Assembly (NCBI GenBank): GCA_965215265.1
Contig: OZ244048.1
Span: forward strand, 3,840,001 to 3,904,000
From: Candidatus Poribacteria bacterium
Lineage (GTDB): Bacteria; Poribacteria; WGA-4E; WGA-3G
Length of the DNA: 64,000 nt
Direction of reading: 5' to 3'
Shown: positions 10,467 through 20,049 of the stretch, piece after piece
Numbering within the stretch: position 1 is the stretch's first letter
Layout of the letters: each line of letters begins with the position of its first letter
Made by a program: the position numbers and the translations under genes
The notes under the pieces: model-generated
Told to the model about the DNA's origin: nothing
Seen by the model: only the letters and a program-made list of their open reading frames with translations
Databases searched by the model: none

Positions 10467-10571
10467 GACAGATTTCTCCAATTTGTTTGTCAGTGTTAAG
10501 CAATAGCGGACCTTGCTGTTTTAGAGTGTCGCGATCCGGTGCTCGTGTTCAGAAAAAAAACTAAAATTCCT

Positions 10572-11669
10572 TTATTGCCGTTGATTTTGGACGGAGGTAA
10601 TTTTTTCTTGAAGTGCGTTGATTTCGGCGTTGGAAGTGAGCACGCCGATTTCGACTTCGTAGTGTCTCCTACCGCCGGGTTCAATGTATTGTAAGGTGCC
10701 TTGCTCGCGTGCCGTTGCCCTGCCATCAACCGAGCAGTTTGAGGGTTCCAGTCCCATGACGTAGGTACCTTCGCTGCACATTTTCCATTGAACGAAGTTT
10801 GGGAATTGTGTTTTGTGGTATCGGACAGAAACCCCAATTCCGCGTCCGTTGTTAAAAGCACGGTTGACTAAGGCAACATGGATGTGGTTATCCACGTCAG
10901 CTTCCATAGTGTGGTAGTAAACTTGTTCTTGGAAATCGACGGTAGGCGGCTCTCCGCGGTTGTAATTATTCAGGTTGTGAGAGGCATGTTCGTCTCGAGG
11001 TGTGACTTGTGTAGAAGGTGCGAGGAATTCGCTGCCTTCTGCGAGGATAGGGAATCCGACATTAATATGGAAGAGGTACATGTGCGGTGAATCTTGGTAT
11101 CCCAAGTTTTCGACGATATCCTCAATGTGTAAGGTATGGGACCCCAGCTCGGTCCAAATTCGCCGTGTGCGACAAAGATTTTCGCCCAATGCGGCGGTTT
11201 CGGTGACCTTTCCCTGTGCCCATAGCATGTACCTGTGCCCTTCCCATCGTCCATCAACCCACACGTTTTTGGCTGGAATGTGTGAGACCCGGCCATGTAA
11301 TCCGAGTTCTTCGTCGGCATCGTGTGTGGGTGTACCGACTTGCCGCATGCCGCAGGTGGTCAACAAACCTCCGTAGAAACTGCGGAGCCAGCCAAACCGT
11401 TGTGGTTCATAATGAGCTGGGTTGACATCCCCGGTGCTTGAACGCCAACAGAGGGGGATACCTTGATATTCTGCATAAGAGATATCCAATGCACGACTCG
11501 GTAGAACGGTAAAGTTCAAACCGGAACCGGTACGGAAATCAATCGCATCAACACCCTTTTCAGAACCGTCTGTGAGTTGATACTGTTTGGCGTGCGCAAT
11601 TTGTGAAATATCCCCTACGTGGCGAAGTAGTTGTATTCTATCATACTTTTCCCCATATAGGTTGATCAA
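10572..11669 (-). CDS. Aldose 1-epimerase family (DUF4432-like) protein
   Basis: FTVLPSRALDI, GGLLTTCG, LGLHGR, YLFHINVGFP, VQWK, YVMGLEP. Confidence 0.85.
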   Translation of the reverse strand: MINLYGEKYDRIQLLRHVGDISQIAHAKQYQLTDGSEKGVDAIDFRTGSGLNFTVLPSRALDISYAEYQGIPLCWRSSTGDVNPAHYEPQRFGWLRSFYGGLLTTCGMRQVGTPTHDADEELGLHGRVSHIPAKNVWVDGRWEGHRYMLWAQGKVTETAALGENLCRTRRIWTELGSHTLHIEDIVENLGYQDSPHMYLFHINVGFPILAEGSEFLAPSTQVTPRDEHASHNLNNYNRGEPPTVDFQEQVYYHTMEADVDNHIHVALVNRAFNNGRGIGVSVRYHKTQFPNFVQWKMCSEGTYVMGLEPSNCSVDGRATAREQGTLQYIEPGGRRHYEVEIGVLTSNAEINALQEKITSVQNQRQ

Positions 11670-12021
11670 ATTAACGTTCTCCTTCGTTTAAATTTCCATA
11701 AGGACTCGCGAATTCTGTTATCAGGTTTTGGAAACTCAATATTATACAAAATTATAGCATAAATGTCTGAAAAAATGCAACTTTTTTGTGGGGTGTGTGG
11801 TGAGAGCGTTTTTAGTTGACAGCGTTTTGGTTTTTATGGTATCTTTAACACTTGAAGTCAATTCTCGCCTGCTGTCGTGCGCCAATGAATTTACCCTTTT
11901 TTGTAGTGTCCAGGGCTCACAGCCAAGAAAGTGTGTTATAAATGCTGTCTCGGTGTACAATTGCAGATAAGGCGAGCAAATCTGGGAATATATCTGTTTT
12001 GACACCAGAATGCTAACCACT

Positions 12022-12127
12022 TCGGTTAGGGAGAACAAAAAATCGCCCAACGAGGCGAACGAGTCTGGTAGGATGTATCTATTTATGTGATTGTCCTAAC
12101 CACTCCCGTTAAGGGGAGACGAAAAGG
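12022..12127 (+). repeat. Repeat family B, copy 1 (about 105 bp)
   Basis: CGGTTAGGGAGAAC-AAAAATCGCCCAACGAGGCGAACGAG-TGGTAGGAT-CTATTTAT-CCACTCCCGTTAAGGG matches the reverse complement of 24458-24572. Confidence 0.75.
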
Positions 12128-12137
12128 CAATTTGACA

Positions 12138-12389
12138 ATGAATTTACCCGATATCACGCCTGACGCTGTTTGCGATTTAGGCGACCTGAGCTGCGGAGAC
12201 CTGATTATCGCGGTCTTAAGAGCGATGCGTCCTCTTGAACCGGGACAGATAGCACAAATCCGAGCAGTGGACCCGGGGGCACCTGTCGACATCGCGGCGT
12301 GGTGTAACATGAAAGGCAATGAACTTCTCGCAGATTGCTGTGGGGAAGACAAGGCCTATTTTTTTATTAAAAAAGGAGATCAGTACTAA
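12138..12389 (+). CDS. TusA/SirA-like sulfurtransferase
   Basis: CDLGDLSCGD (variant of DxxGxxCPxP), LEPGQIAQIRAVDPGAPVDIAAWC, FFIKK; 83 aa. Confidence 0.85.
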   Translation: MNLPDITPDAVCDLGDLSCGDLIIAVLRAMRPLEPGQIAQIRAVDPGAPVDIAAWCNMKGNELLADCCGEDKAYFFIKKGDQY

Positions 12390-12748
12390 TGGCTAAACTC
12401 ATGATTAGCATTACCCATGCGAAAGATAACCCAGACAAAGCTACGGTAGGTTTTGTGGTGGCTAACGCCTCCGGTGCATCTGGCGTAGAGACGGTTGTAT
12501 TCCTCAGTACAGACGGGGTATATCTTTCGCAAGCTGGGTACGCGGATGACACTCACGAAGAGGGCTTCGCGCCTCTGAAACAACTCATAGCGGATTTCGC
12601 AGAGATAGGTGGTACGATATGGGTGTGTTCGCCGTGTTTCAAAAAGCGTGCTCTTGATGCAAATAACCTTATCGATGCTGCCACAATTGTGGGCGGCGCG
12701 AAGGCTGTTGAGTTCTTAACGACAGGGGCTTCCTGTATCACCTATTGA
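12389..12748 (+). CDS. DsrE/F-like family protein
   Basis: ITHAKDNPDKAT, VVFLSTDGV, GGTIWVCSPCFKKR. Start overlaps the tusA-like stop (TAATG). Confidence 0.85.
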   Translation: MAKLMISITHAKDNPDKATVGFVVANASGASGVETVVFLSTDGVYLSQAGYADDTHEEGFAPLKQLIADFAEIGGTIWVCSPCFKKRALDANNLIDAATIVGGAKAVEFLTTGASCITY

Positions 12749-12940
12749 AATTGGAAAAGGGAGTTGCTGCCTATCTCGGTAGAAACTTCTTTGAAGGATG
12801 GGTTTCATCCCAAGCCTGATGTGAGAATGCCTTTCTACAACGGAGTAAATTTCTAAAGACTTTACTATATGCTATTCCTTTGTAGGTAAGGCTTCTCATC
12901 AAACGTTCTATTCTAAAAGATAAAGCATAAAATACAAAAG

Positions 12941-13684
12941 ATGATGCGAGAAGAAGATTTAAAAGCACCAGATACGTTGCAGACACCGCATGTGTGCGAA
13001 GGCGGCAATCTCGACTGCGGTTCAGGGCTGCTGCTGTTGATTCGTAAATCAATGGAAGTTGTGCCGGATGGTGAGGTTTTAGAAATTCGCAGCACAGAAA
13101 TCAGCGTTAAGGAGGACCTGCCGGCGTGGTGCCGGATGACGAAAAACCCGTATCTAGGGTGGAGGCCGGCACTAGAACATAACAAATACTTTGTACGGCG
13201 CGGCGAAGCAGGGCAGGAGGCAAATGCTGCCTACCAGCAAGCACGAGATTACCGTTGGAGTACCCGAATCCATTGGGATGGTGGCCTGCAGGCGAAGGTT
13301 TTCTGTCGGAATCACGCTTGGACAGTCGGGCAACCTGCAAGTTTTGATGTGCAGGATGCAGCACCGAGTGCAGTGGAGTATGTCCTCGGTGCCTTGGGCG
13401 CGTGCCTCGCGATGGGATTTCAGATTCGTGCCTCGCAGCGCAATGTGGAAATTGAGGAATTAGAAATTTCGTTGAGTGGCCAGATCGATAACATTTTCGT
13501 TTTCCTTGGCACGGAGCAAGATGGGGATAGCGGTTTCAAGGAGATCCGCGGGACCATTTATGTCGACTCGGATGCGGATGAGGAGGTTTTGGAGAAGTTA
13601 TGGGCAGAAACAATCGCTGCGTCGCCTGTGACGAGCACGTTGACACGAAACGTTGAGATGAACGTTGCGTTGCGATTGATTTGA
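12941..13684 (+). CDS. TusA-like domain fused to OsmC/Ohr-like domain
   Basis: N-terminal EGGNLDCGSGLL..DGEVLEIRS..DLPAWC. C-terminal APSAVEYVLGALGACL..SGFKEI..AASPV. Confidence 0.85.
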   Translation: MMREEDLKAPDTLQTPHVCEGGNLDCGSGLLLLIRKSMEVVPDGEVLEIRSTEISVKEDLPAWCRMTKNPYLGWRPALEHNKYFVRRGEAGQEANAAYQQARDYRWSTRIHWDGGLQAKVFCRNHAWTVGQPASFDVQDAAPSAVEYVLGALGACLAMGFQIRASQRNVEIEELEISLSGQIDNIFVFLGTEQDGDSGFKEIRGTIYVDSDADEEVLEKLWAETIAASPVTSTLTRNVEMNVALRLI

Positions 13685-13751
13685 AAATGGAAATGCAGAG
13701 GTTACCTATATTTTCAAGGTAAAACTCGAAAGGTTTAATAGGAAAACGGAT

Positions 13752-14535
13752 ATGACAGAATTTCTTAAGCTGATGATCCCATGTAAGCTGATGATCCCAT
13801 GGTTGTGGGGCGATATTGAGTGGATCACGGAAAGTTTTATTACTACCATTTTTTTATGCACGTCGGTGTTAGTAATTCGGTTTTGGAGGAAAACCTTCAA
13901 TCGATGCAGCTTAATTGACGGGTTAACCAAATACGTAAGTGAATACTCCAGACCTGCCAATCCAAAGATTCTTCAGAAGTTAAAAGAGGAATTTAATCGG
14001 CGCAACGTTGAACTCTCCGAAGTGTTGCAGGAATTTGCTGATTCACTCATTACCCGTGAAAAGAATAATAATCAGAAGATCGTGTACAAAACAGACGAGG
14101 CCTCTCTTTTTTTTAGCGAAGACCGGCTGTTAGAGCAACACTTAAACCTCCGCTTTTGGAATAGTGTTCCTGCCCTTTTGGTAGGATTAGGGATTCTTGG
14201 CACGTTTGTCGGGCTTGTTTTCGGACTGCAATCATTTTCAGATATTAATTTTGAGAACACGGATGAGATTCAACGGGCCATTAAACAACTCCTCTCCGGC
14301 GTGTCGATTGCTTTTGTAACCTCCGTTTGGGGCATGCTGTTCTCGCTTCTGTTCAACGCATTGGAAAAGTGGCTTGTTGGCAGAGTCGGCAAGGCGATTG
14401 CGGATCTGCAGCGTGCCTTGGATCGACTTTTTACGCTGACCACCCAAGAGGAGATTTCGTTAAAACAACAAGACGAACTCGCGCAACAGACACGGGCCTT
14501 CAAAGAATTGTCGACGGATTTGGCGAGTGCAATCT
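13752..14535 (+). pseudogene. zorA: Truncated Zorya ZorA (MotA/ExbB-like membrane protein), 5' portion
   Basis: N-terminal TM, then FFSEDRLL..LNLRFWNSVPALLVGLGILGTFVGLVFGL..IKQLLSGVSIAFVTSVWGM. The long helical tail is cut after STDLASAI (ORF stop 14597). Confidence 0.75.
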
Positions 14536-15451
14536 TCGATACCTTTTATATCAGGTTATCCGAGACCACTTCAGTTTGGAAAACGTTTTTATCGTGAACG
14601 GTGAGACACCCGGGAGTGCACAGCGAGCAGGTACAATGAAAATGAGCCGTCAACAAGCCGTTGATTCCTTTCAGAAAACCGCGGGTTTCAACGCCATCGT
14701 CATGTCCCCACTTGCAGCGGGAGTTGGGTTAAACATTACAGAAGCGAACCATGTTATTCACTATAGCCGTTGGTGGAATCCTGCAAAAGAAGATCAGGCG
14801 AGCGACCGGGTTTATCGAATTGGACAAAAACGCCGGGTGCATATCTACCTCCCGATGGCAACCCATCCGGAATTTAAAACTTTTGATGTTATCCTACATG
14901 AACTCCTTGAGCGAAAACGCCGGCTGTTGCAAGACACTCTGCTCCCGACAGAACGTGCCGAAGTGAAACCTGTCGAAATTCTAACTAAATTAGACCCAAT
15001 AACACCTAACAGAGGAAAAGAGTCCACATTAACGATAGAAGACGTTGACAGGCTAGATCCAAGATTCTTTGAAATTTGTGTCGCTGCACTTTTTCAGAAA
15101 CAGGGTTATCGTGTTGAGGTAACGCCTTACTCAGGCGATAAAGGTGCGGATATCGTCGTTTATCCATGTGCAGACGGGAATACTGGATTTCTAATCTAGG
15201 TCAAACAACGTCGGGCGGACGGAAAATCGGCGCGTGATGCTGTCGACGAGATCATTGCGGCGAAGCTGTTTTATGAGGAAAAATATGCCATGTCTTTCAA
15301 GCCTCTTGTTATTACCAACCGGGAGTTTACCAAAGACGCTCGCGGATACGGTCAGAAGAATCAGGTAAAGATGTACGAACGCAAAGAGTTGAAACGAAAT
15401 TTAAAGCAATATCCCGTGACGTGGCAAGATGTGAACCGGTGCCAGTTCTGA
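14536..15451 (+). pseudogene. zorD: 3' fragment of SNF2 helicase with Mrr-like nuclease (ZorD-like), internal TAG
   Basis: Helicase C motifs SPLAAGVGLNITEANHVIHYSRWWNPAKEDQASDRVYRIGQ. Mrr domain FEICVAALF..GY..TPYSGDKGAD..LI*VKQ..VITN, continuing to TGA at 15449-15451. Confidence 0.75.
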
Positions 15452-15579
15452 TTCTATTGAGATGCAGTCGTTTTTTGTGGTATTCTGACTGCGGAACGAC
15501 TTAAAATTCTAATTGAGGAGCCTATTGAATGCCAGAAAACAAAAACCGCAACCGTTCTACCCATGCCTACACTATAAGG

Positions 15580-15850
15580 GGCAATACGGCGATTGAGCTC
15601 GATCCCGATTGTGCGGATGCGTTTAAGAAATTTCTCCCCGCGATGGGGATTCATCCCCGCTTGCGGGGATAATTCCTTCTGCGGGCGGGGCTTTGCGAAG
15701 GCGAACATGGCACAATATGCTGAAGCGATACCCGATTACGATATCGCTCGCTATAAAATTCAACCCCAATAAAGCCTTATCATATCATATGCGTGCTGAG
15801 GCGAAGGCACAGTTAGAGAGAACCGGGGAGCCGGAAGCGGATTACTAATC
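15580..15850 (+). pseudogene. Degraded TPR-repeat gene remnant interrupted by a palindrome
   Basis: Fragments AIELDPDCADAF, GRGFAKANMAQYAEAIPDYD and NPNKALSYHMRAEAKAQL in shifting frames. A CCCCGCTTGCGGGG hairpin lies at about 15630-15675. Confidence 0.5.
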
Positions 15851-16109
15851 CGCATCGAAAATTGGCGGGTTCAACCCAATATTCGAACTGTTGACGCATC
15901 AAGACAAGAGTAGGATGCCAAAAGAAGGATATCCCGGTCTCATTTTAATGCTGAAAACACTAACTAAGCGGCGGGCACGTCGGTCATGACTGTCTGCAGA
16001 ACAGCGTCTTTTTTTATTCATTGTTTTTATTAGAATGTTATAATCTCTCTTGGACTAACTAACTCATGGTGATATGCGGTTAGGATAATTATAGTGAAGT
16101 ACGGGGTAA

Positions 16110-16225
16110 TTCCGTTGACAAAACGTCGGTATTTATCGACGAGGGCCCGCCCACCCGGAACCGGGCGGGCTCACCGAAAGCATGCGCCACTTTGCTTATG
16201 CCCCAAAGAGGTTTGTGTCAACGAG
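16110..16225. repeat. Palindromic intergenic element
   Basis: Outer arms CGTTGACAAAAC / GTTTGTGTCAACG, inner stem GCCCGCCC..GGGCGGGC. Confidence 0.55.
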
Positions 16226-16337
16226 ACCCGCACCGGCAATCCGTATAGACAGAGAATCATCATCCTTGGCAAATGGACCTCACTATAGTAAAATGATATA
16301 GTTTGTGACGCATATTCCTAAACGGAGATTATTTTTG

Positions 16338-17489
16338 ATGGTGCTGCAACTCAGTTTTAATTTTAATAGACCTAACAGTTACGCTGTCCATCTTCCTAGC
16401 TATGTAGATGAGTATTGGACAGCGAAACAACGCGCCGGACATTCCCTGCATGAAATTTCATATCGCGCCTGCTACAAGCCGCAGCTACCGGCATATTTTA
16501 TTCAGAAATTCTGCAAACAGGGCGCTACGGTCTACGACCCGTTTATGGGACGAGGCACAACCCTGATAGAGGCACAACTCCACGGGCATCGGGTCATCGG
16601 CAATGATGTGAATCCGTTGTCAAAAATCCTTGCATTGCCGCGCCTCAACCCCCCAACGTTAGCAGAAATCGAAAAACGGTTGCACGAAATCTGTCTCTCT
16701 ACTGATGCCGAAATCGACAAGGAATTGCTGGTGTTTTTTCATGAGGATACGCTCCGAGAGATTTACGGGTGGCAGACCTATTTCCAACAGAAGCAACTTG
16801 ATAGGGTTGATACATGGTTACAAATGGTAGCGTGTAACCGACTGACCGGACATTCTATTGGTTTTTTCTCCGTTTACACCCTTCCGCCGAATCTTGCTGC
16901 CTCAGTTGTGGCACAACGGAAAATTAATGAGATTCGGAGGCAGATCCCGCAATATAGAGATACAAAAGAACTCATACTGAGAAAATCTAAGCAGCTGCTA
17001 CGGCATAACCTTCCGGAATGTTTTTGGCGTGATGATGCCCTGCTGCTCACTGAATCTGCCGAGAGAACCTCCCAAATTGAGGACGAATCGGTTGACTTGG
17101 TTGTGACTTCGCCGCCTTTCCTAGATACGATCGACTATAGAAAAGACAATTGGTTACGGATGTGGTTTTGTGGTATAGAACTTGAACCGGACAAAATTTG
17201 GCAATTAAAATCGCTGGAGGAGTGGGTTGCACGGATGACAGATGTCTTTGTGGAGCTCCGTCGTGTCTTGAAACACGGGGGCCGGATGGCCTTTGAGGTA
17301 GGGGAGGTCCGGAATGGTACTGTCTTTTTAGAAGATGCAGTTGTCAAAGCATCGTTGGATGCCGGACTTATGCCTGAAAAGATCTTGATTAACAAACAGC
17401 ATTTCACCAAAACGGCGAATTGCTGGGGCGTTTCTAATAATAGGAAAGGCACAAACACCAATCGAATCGTTATTTTGCAAAAATGTTAA
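16338..17489 (+). CDS. Orphan site-specific DNA methyltransferase (N4-C/N6-A type)
   Basis: SAM motif VYDPFMGRGTT precedes catalytic VVTSPPF. No adjacent endonuclease. Confidence 0.85.
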   Translation: MVLQLSFNFNRPNSYAVHLPSYVDEYWTAKQRAGHSLHEISYRACYKPQLPAYFIQKFCKQGATVYDPFMGRGTTLIEAQLHGHRVIGNDVNPLSKILALPRLNPPTLAEIEKRLHEICLSTDAEIDKELLVFFHEDTLREIYGWQTYFQQKQLDRVDTWLQMVACNRLTGHSIGFFSVYTLPPNLAASVVAQRKINEIRRQIPQYRDTKELILRKSKQLLRHNLPECFWRDDALLLTESAERTSQIEDESVDLVVTSPPFLDTIDYRKDNWLRMWFCGIELEPDKIWQLKSLEEWVARMTDVFVELRRVLKHGGRMAFEVGEVRNGTVFLEDAVVKASLDAGLMPEKILINKQHFTKTANCWGVSNNRKGTNTNRIVILQKC

Positions 17490-17589
17490 AAATGTTCAAA
17501 GGACTGGCTGCAACGGTTAATGGAATTATCAAGTTAGTTTGGGAAATTCCTACGGAACCGGAACGAAATCGTTAACTAAAGGTAATCCG

Positions 17590-18072
17590 ATGAAACAGCA
17601 ACCCTCTATAAGCATCAAGGTCAATCCTGTCCTCTCTGCTGATGAGTTATTCGCCTTCTATAAGCGGAACGACATCTGTGAAGTTGGGTTCGGCAAGGAA
17701 ATGGCAACGCGAATCTTGCAGTATCCTCATCTTAGAGTAGGTGCTTTCGCTGAGGGAGAGCTTGTCGGCCTCGCCCGTGCGACGTTCGATGGACTTTCCG
17801 CCCACATCATGGAATTTTCGGTAGATGTGCGACACCAAGGCGACAATACGAAGTACGGCAACGGTTCACTGATTGAAGCAGACCGCGGCGGCGTTGGACA
17901 GCAGCTTGGTAGAGTGCTACTGGATGAACTCAAGCAGATAGGTGCGACGTTTATCACCGGCTACATTGTCGCTAATTGCGAGGAACCTTTTTATAAGTCG
18001 CTGGGTTTTTCGGAAAATGAAGGGCATTTGGTCTATTATATTGACGAGCGGCCCTATATTGCAGAAAACTAA
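17590..18072 (+). CDS. GNAT family N-acetyltransferase
   Basis: GAFAEGELVGLAR, IMEFSVDVRHQG, GVGQQL, PFYKSLGF. Confidence 0.75.
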   Translation: MKQQPSISIKVNPVLSADELFAFYKRNDICEVGFGKEMATRILQYPHLRVGAFAEGELVGLARATFDGLSAHIMEFSVDVRHQGDNTKYGNGSLIEADRGGVGQQLGRVLLDELKQIGATFITGYIVANCEEPFYKSLGFSENEGHLVYYIDERPYIAEN

Positions 18073-18234
18073 TAAGACTGGTTGAAATTAAAAAAGGAAA
18101 TTGGTAAAATCTGGTGTAATCAGGAGCTATGTGAATCGACAAAACGGATTAACTGCTTAATTTTAGTGAATTCGTGTGAAATATGGCAACCTGAAGCGCT
18201 CGCCCTTAGATGTTGACTTCAAAACAAATTTTTT

Positions 18235-18768
18235 ATGAGAATTAAAAGCAACAAAAACGTCAATCCTATGACCGTTGATAAGGTCCACTGGTTTCTAGCT
18301 CTTTTCGATGAAATCGGCGTTGCAGTCTGGATTGACGGTGGATGGGGTGTTGATGCGTTACTTGGGGAATGCACTCGGGCGCACAAAGATCTGGACATCA
18401 TTATTTCATGGGCAGATTCGGCACGACTGACTGATGCACTCTCTGCACGTGGCTTCATTGATATTGATACGGACGACCGCACGCATCTAAACTTCGTGAT
18501 GGGGCATCAATTATACGGATTGATTGACTTTCATGTCATCGAACTGACAAAGGATGGTGCTGGTGTCTACGGTGCTTGGGTTATCTCCAAGTCGGAGTTG
18601 AACGCTGTCGGTTTTATTGGTGGTAGGGAAGTGCAGTGCCTATCTGATGATTACCAAGTTCGCTCGCATACTGGGTATCGCCTGAAAGATACAGACTTTG
18701 CTGACCTGCATGCCTTACACGAAAAATATGGGGTTGTGCTGCTCGATGAACAGATTAGAGGCTACTAA
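18235..18768 (+). CDS. Nucleotidyltransferase, Lnu/ANT(2'')-like family
   Basis: VWIDGGWGVDALLG..TRAHKDLDI, IDFH, GFIGGREVQCLS..QVRSHTGY. Confidence 0.85.
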   Translation: MRIKSNKNVNPMTVDKVHWFLALFDEIGVAVWIDGGWGVDALLGECTRAHKDLDIIISWADSARLTDALSARGFIDIDTDDRTHLNFVMGHQLYGLIDFHVIELTKDGAGVYGAWVISKSELNAVGFIGGREVQCLSDDYQVRSHTGYRLKDTDFADLHALHEKYGVVLLDEQIRGY

Positions 18769-18848
18769 GTGAGCGGTGATGCTTTCTTCTCTAGTAGATG
18801 CTGCACAACAAAAAGTCTTTGACTGTTCCCTCATAACTGAGTATATTC

Positions 18849-18910
18849 GTATATCTCCGTCCCATAAAGGTTTATGTTTTGTAAATTACTGTATAAATCT
18901 CGTCGGAGCC
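18849..18910. repeat. Partial repeat family A copy
   Basis: GTATATCTCCGTCCCATAAAGG and AAATCTCGTCGGAGCC match arms of the 2240-2460 element. Confidence 0.6.
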
Positions 18911-19021
18911 TCTTGATGTTTTGTCTCTAAATTGACTTATCTATGCTATCCAAATGTTTACAGAATAAAGCGATGAACACGACAAACGATAGAAAATCTA
19001 CCTTTATTATGGGTTTAACAA

Positions 19022-20041
19022 ATGCCTGACACTGACGCTAATTTACCAATCAATCAAATATTGTGTGGAGATAATTGTCAACTTATCAAAAAATTACCTG
19101 ACTGCAGCGTTCAATTGGTAATCACGTCACCTCCGTATTTTCAGCAGCGCGATTACGGCGGCGGAATCGGAAATGAGCAAAATGTCAATCAATACATTGA
19201 TAGGCTCCTTCATCTTTTCCAGGAATGTGTCCGTGTTGTGAAGGAGGACGGTAGCCTGGTATTCAATCTAGGCGATAAATATCAGCACAGCAACCTCCTC
19301 CTCGTTCCCTATCGCTTTGCAATTGCCGCTACGGAAACAAGCCGGGTCAAACTCGTGAACGAAATCACGTGGGTTAAACGGAATCCTACGCCGCGCCAGT
19401 TTCGGCGGCGCCTCGTGAGCAGCACGGAGCCGTTTTTCCACTTTGTCAAATCGGATGCTTATTTCTATAACCTTGATGCATTCTTGGCTTCGGCACGCAC
19501 TGACAAAAAGTCGGGCCCAAAATTGGGTACAAATATTGGGCAGCGGTATTTTGAGCTCATTGCGGATTCAGAGTTATCAGAGGCAGAGAAAACGGCTGCG
19601 CGGCGTGAACTTACAGAAGTCATCCATGAGGTGCGGTGCGGTCAGATACACAGTTTCCGGATGAAAATTCGGGGTGTTCACGCCGAACCGTTCGGCGGGC
19701 AAATTGGTGGACGCACACTACAGATGAAGAATAAAGGGTTCACGATTATCCGGATGCACGGCAATAAACTCAAGCGAGATGTGATTGAAACGTCGGTTGC
19801 TGCCATTAAGGGAAACAAGCATCCGGCGATTTATCCGGTGGAAATTGTGGAGGAGTTTTTACATCTGCTCACGCGGCCGGGTGCTCTGGTTTTAGATCCG
19901 TTTATAGGTTCCGGTTCAACGGCAGTCGCTTGTCAAAAACTTGGTAGACACTATATCGGCTATGACATTAATCCAGACTACTGCGAGTCTGCACGACAAC
20001 GAGTTTCAGATATACAAGGCGAAACACCCCATTTATTTTAA
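19022..20041 (+). CDS. Type II DNA methyltransferase, beta class (N4-C/N6-A)
   Basis: VITSPPYF precedes HPAIYP and LVLDPFIGSGSTAVA, IGYDINPDY. Confidence 0.9.
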   Translation: MPDTDANLPINQILCGDNCQLIKKLPDCSVQLVITSPPYFQQRDYGGGIGNEQNVNQYIDRLLHLFQECVRVVKEDGSLVFNLGDKYQHSNLLLVPYRFAIAATETSRVKLVNEITWVKRNPTPRQFRRRLVSSTEPFFHFVKSDAYFYNLDAFLASARTDKKSGPKLGTNIGQRYFELIADSELSEAEKTAARRELTEVIHEVRCGQIHSFRMKIRGVHAEPFGGQIGGRTLQMKNKGFTIIRMHGNKLKRDVIETSVAAIKGNKHPAIYPVEIVEEFLHLLTRPGALVLDPFIGSGSTAVACQKLGRHYIGYDINPDYCESARQRVSDIQGETPHLF

Positions 20042-20049
20042 GAAAAACT

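Noticed and set aside
14327-14535. N-terminal part of the 290-aa ORF in the track
   Set aside because: It is an alternative-frame reading of zorA. Helicase-like sequence only begins near 14536.
15197-15199. TAG as pyrrolysine or recoded stop
   Set aside because: The position requires Gln (CAG), other genes use TAG as a normal stop, and no pyl genes are visible.
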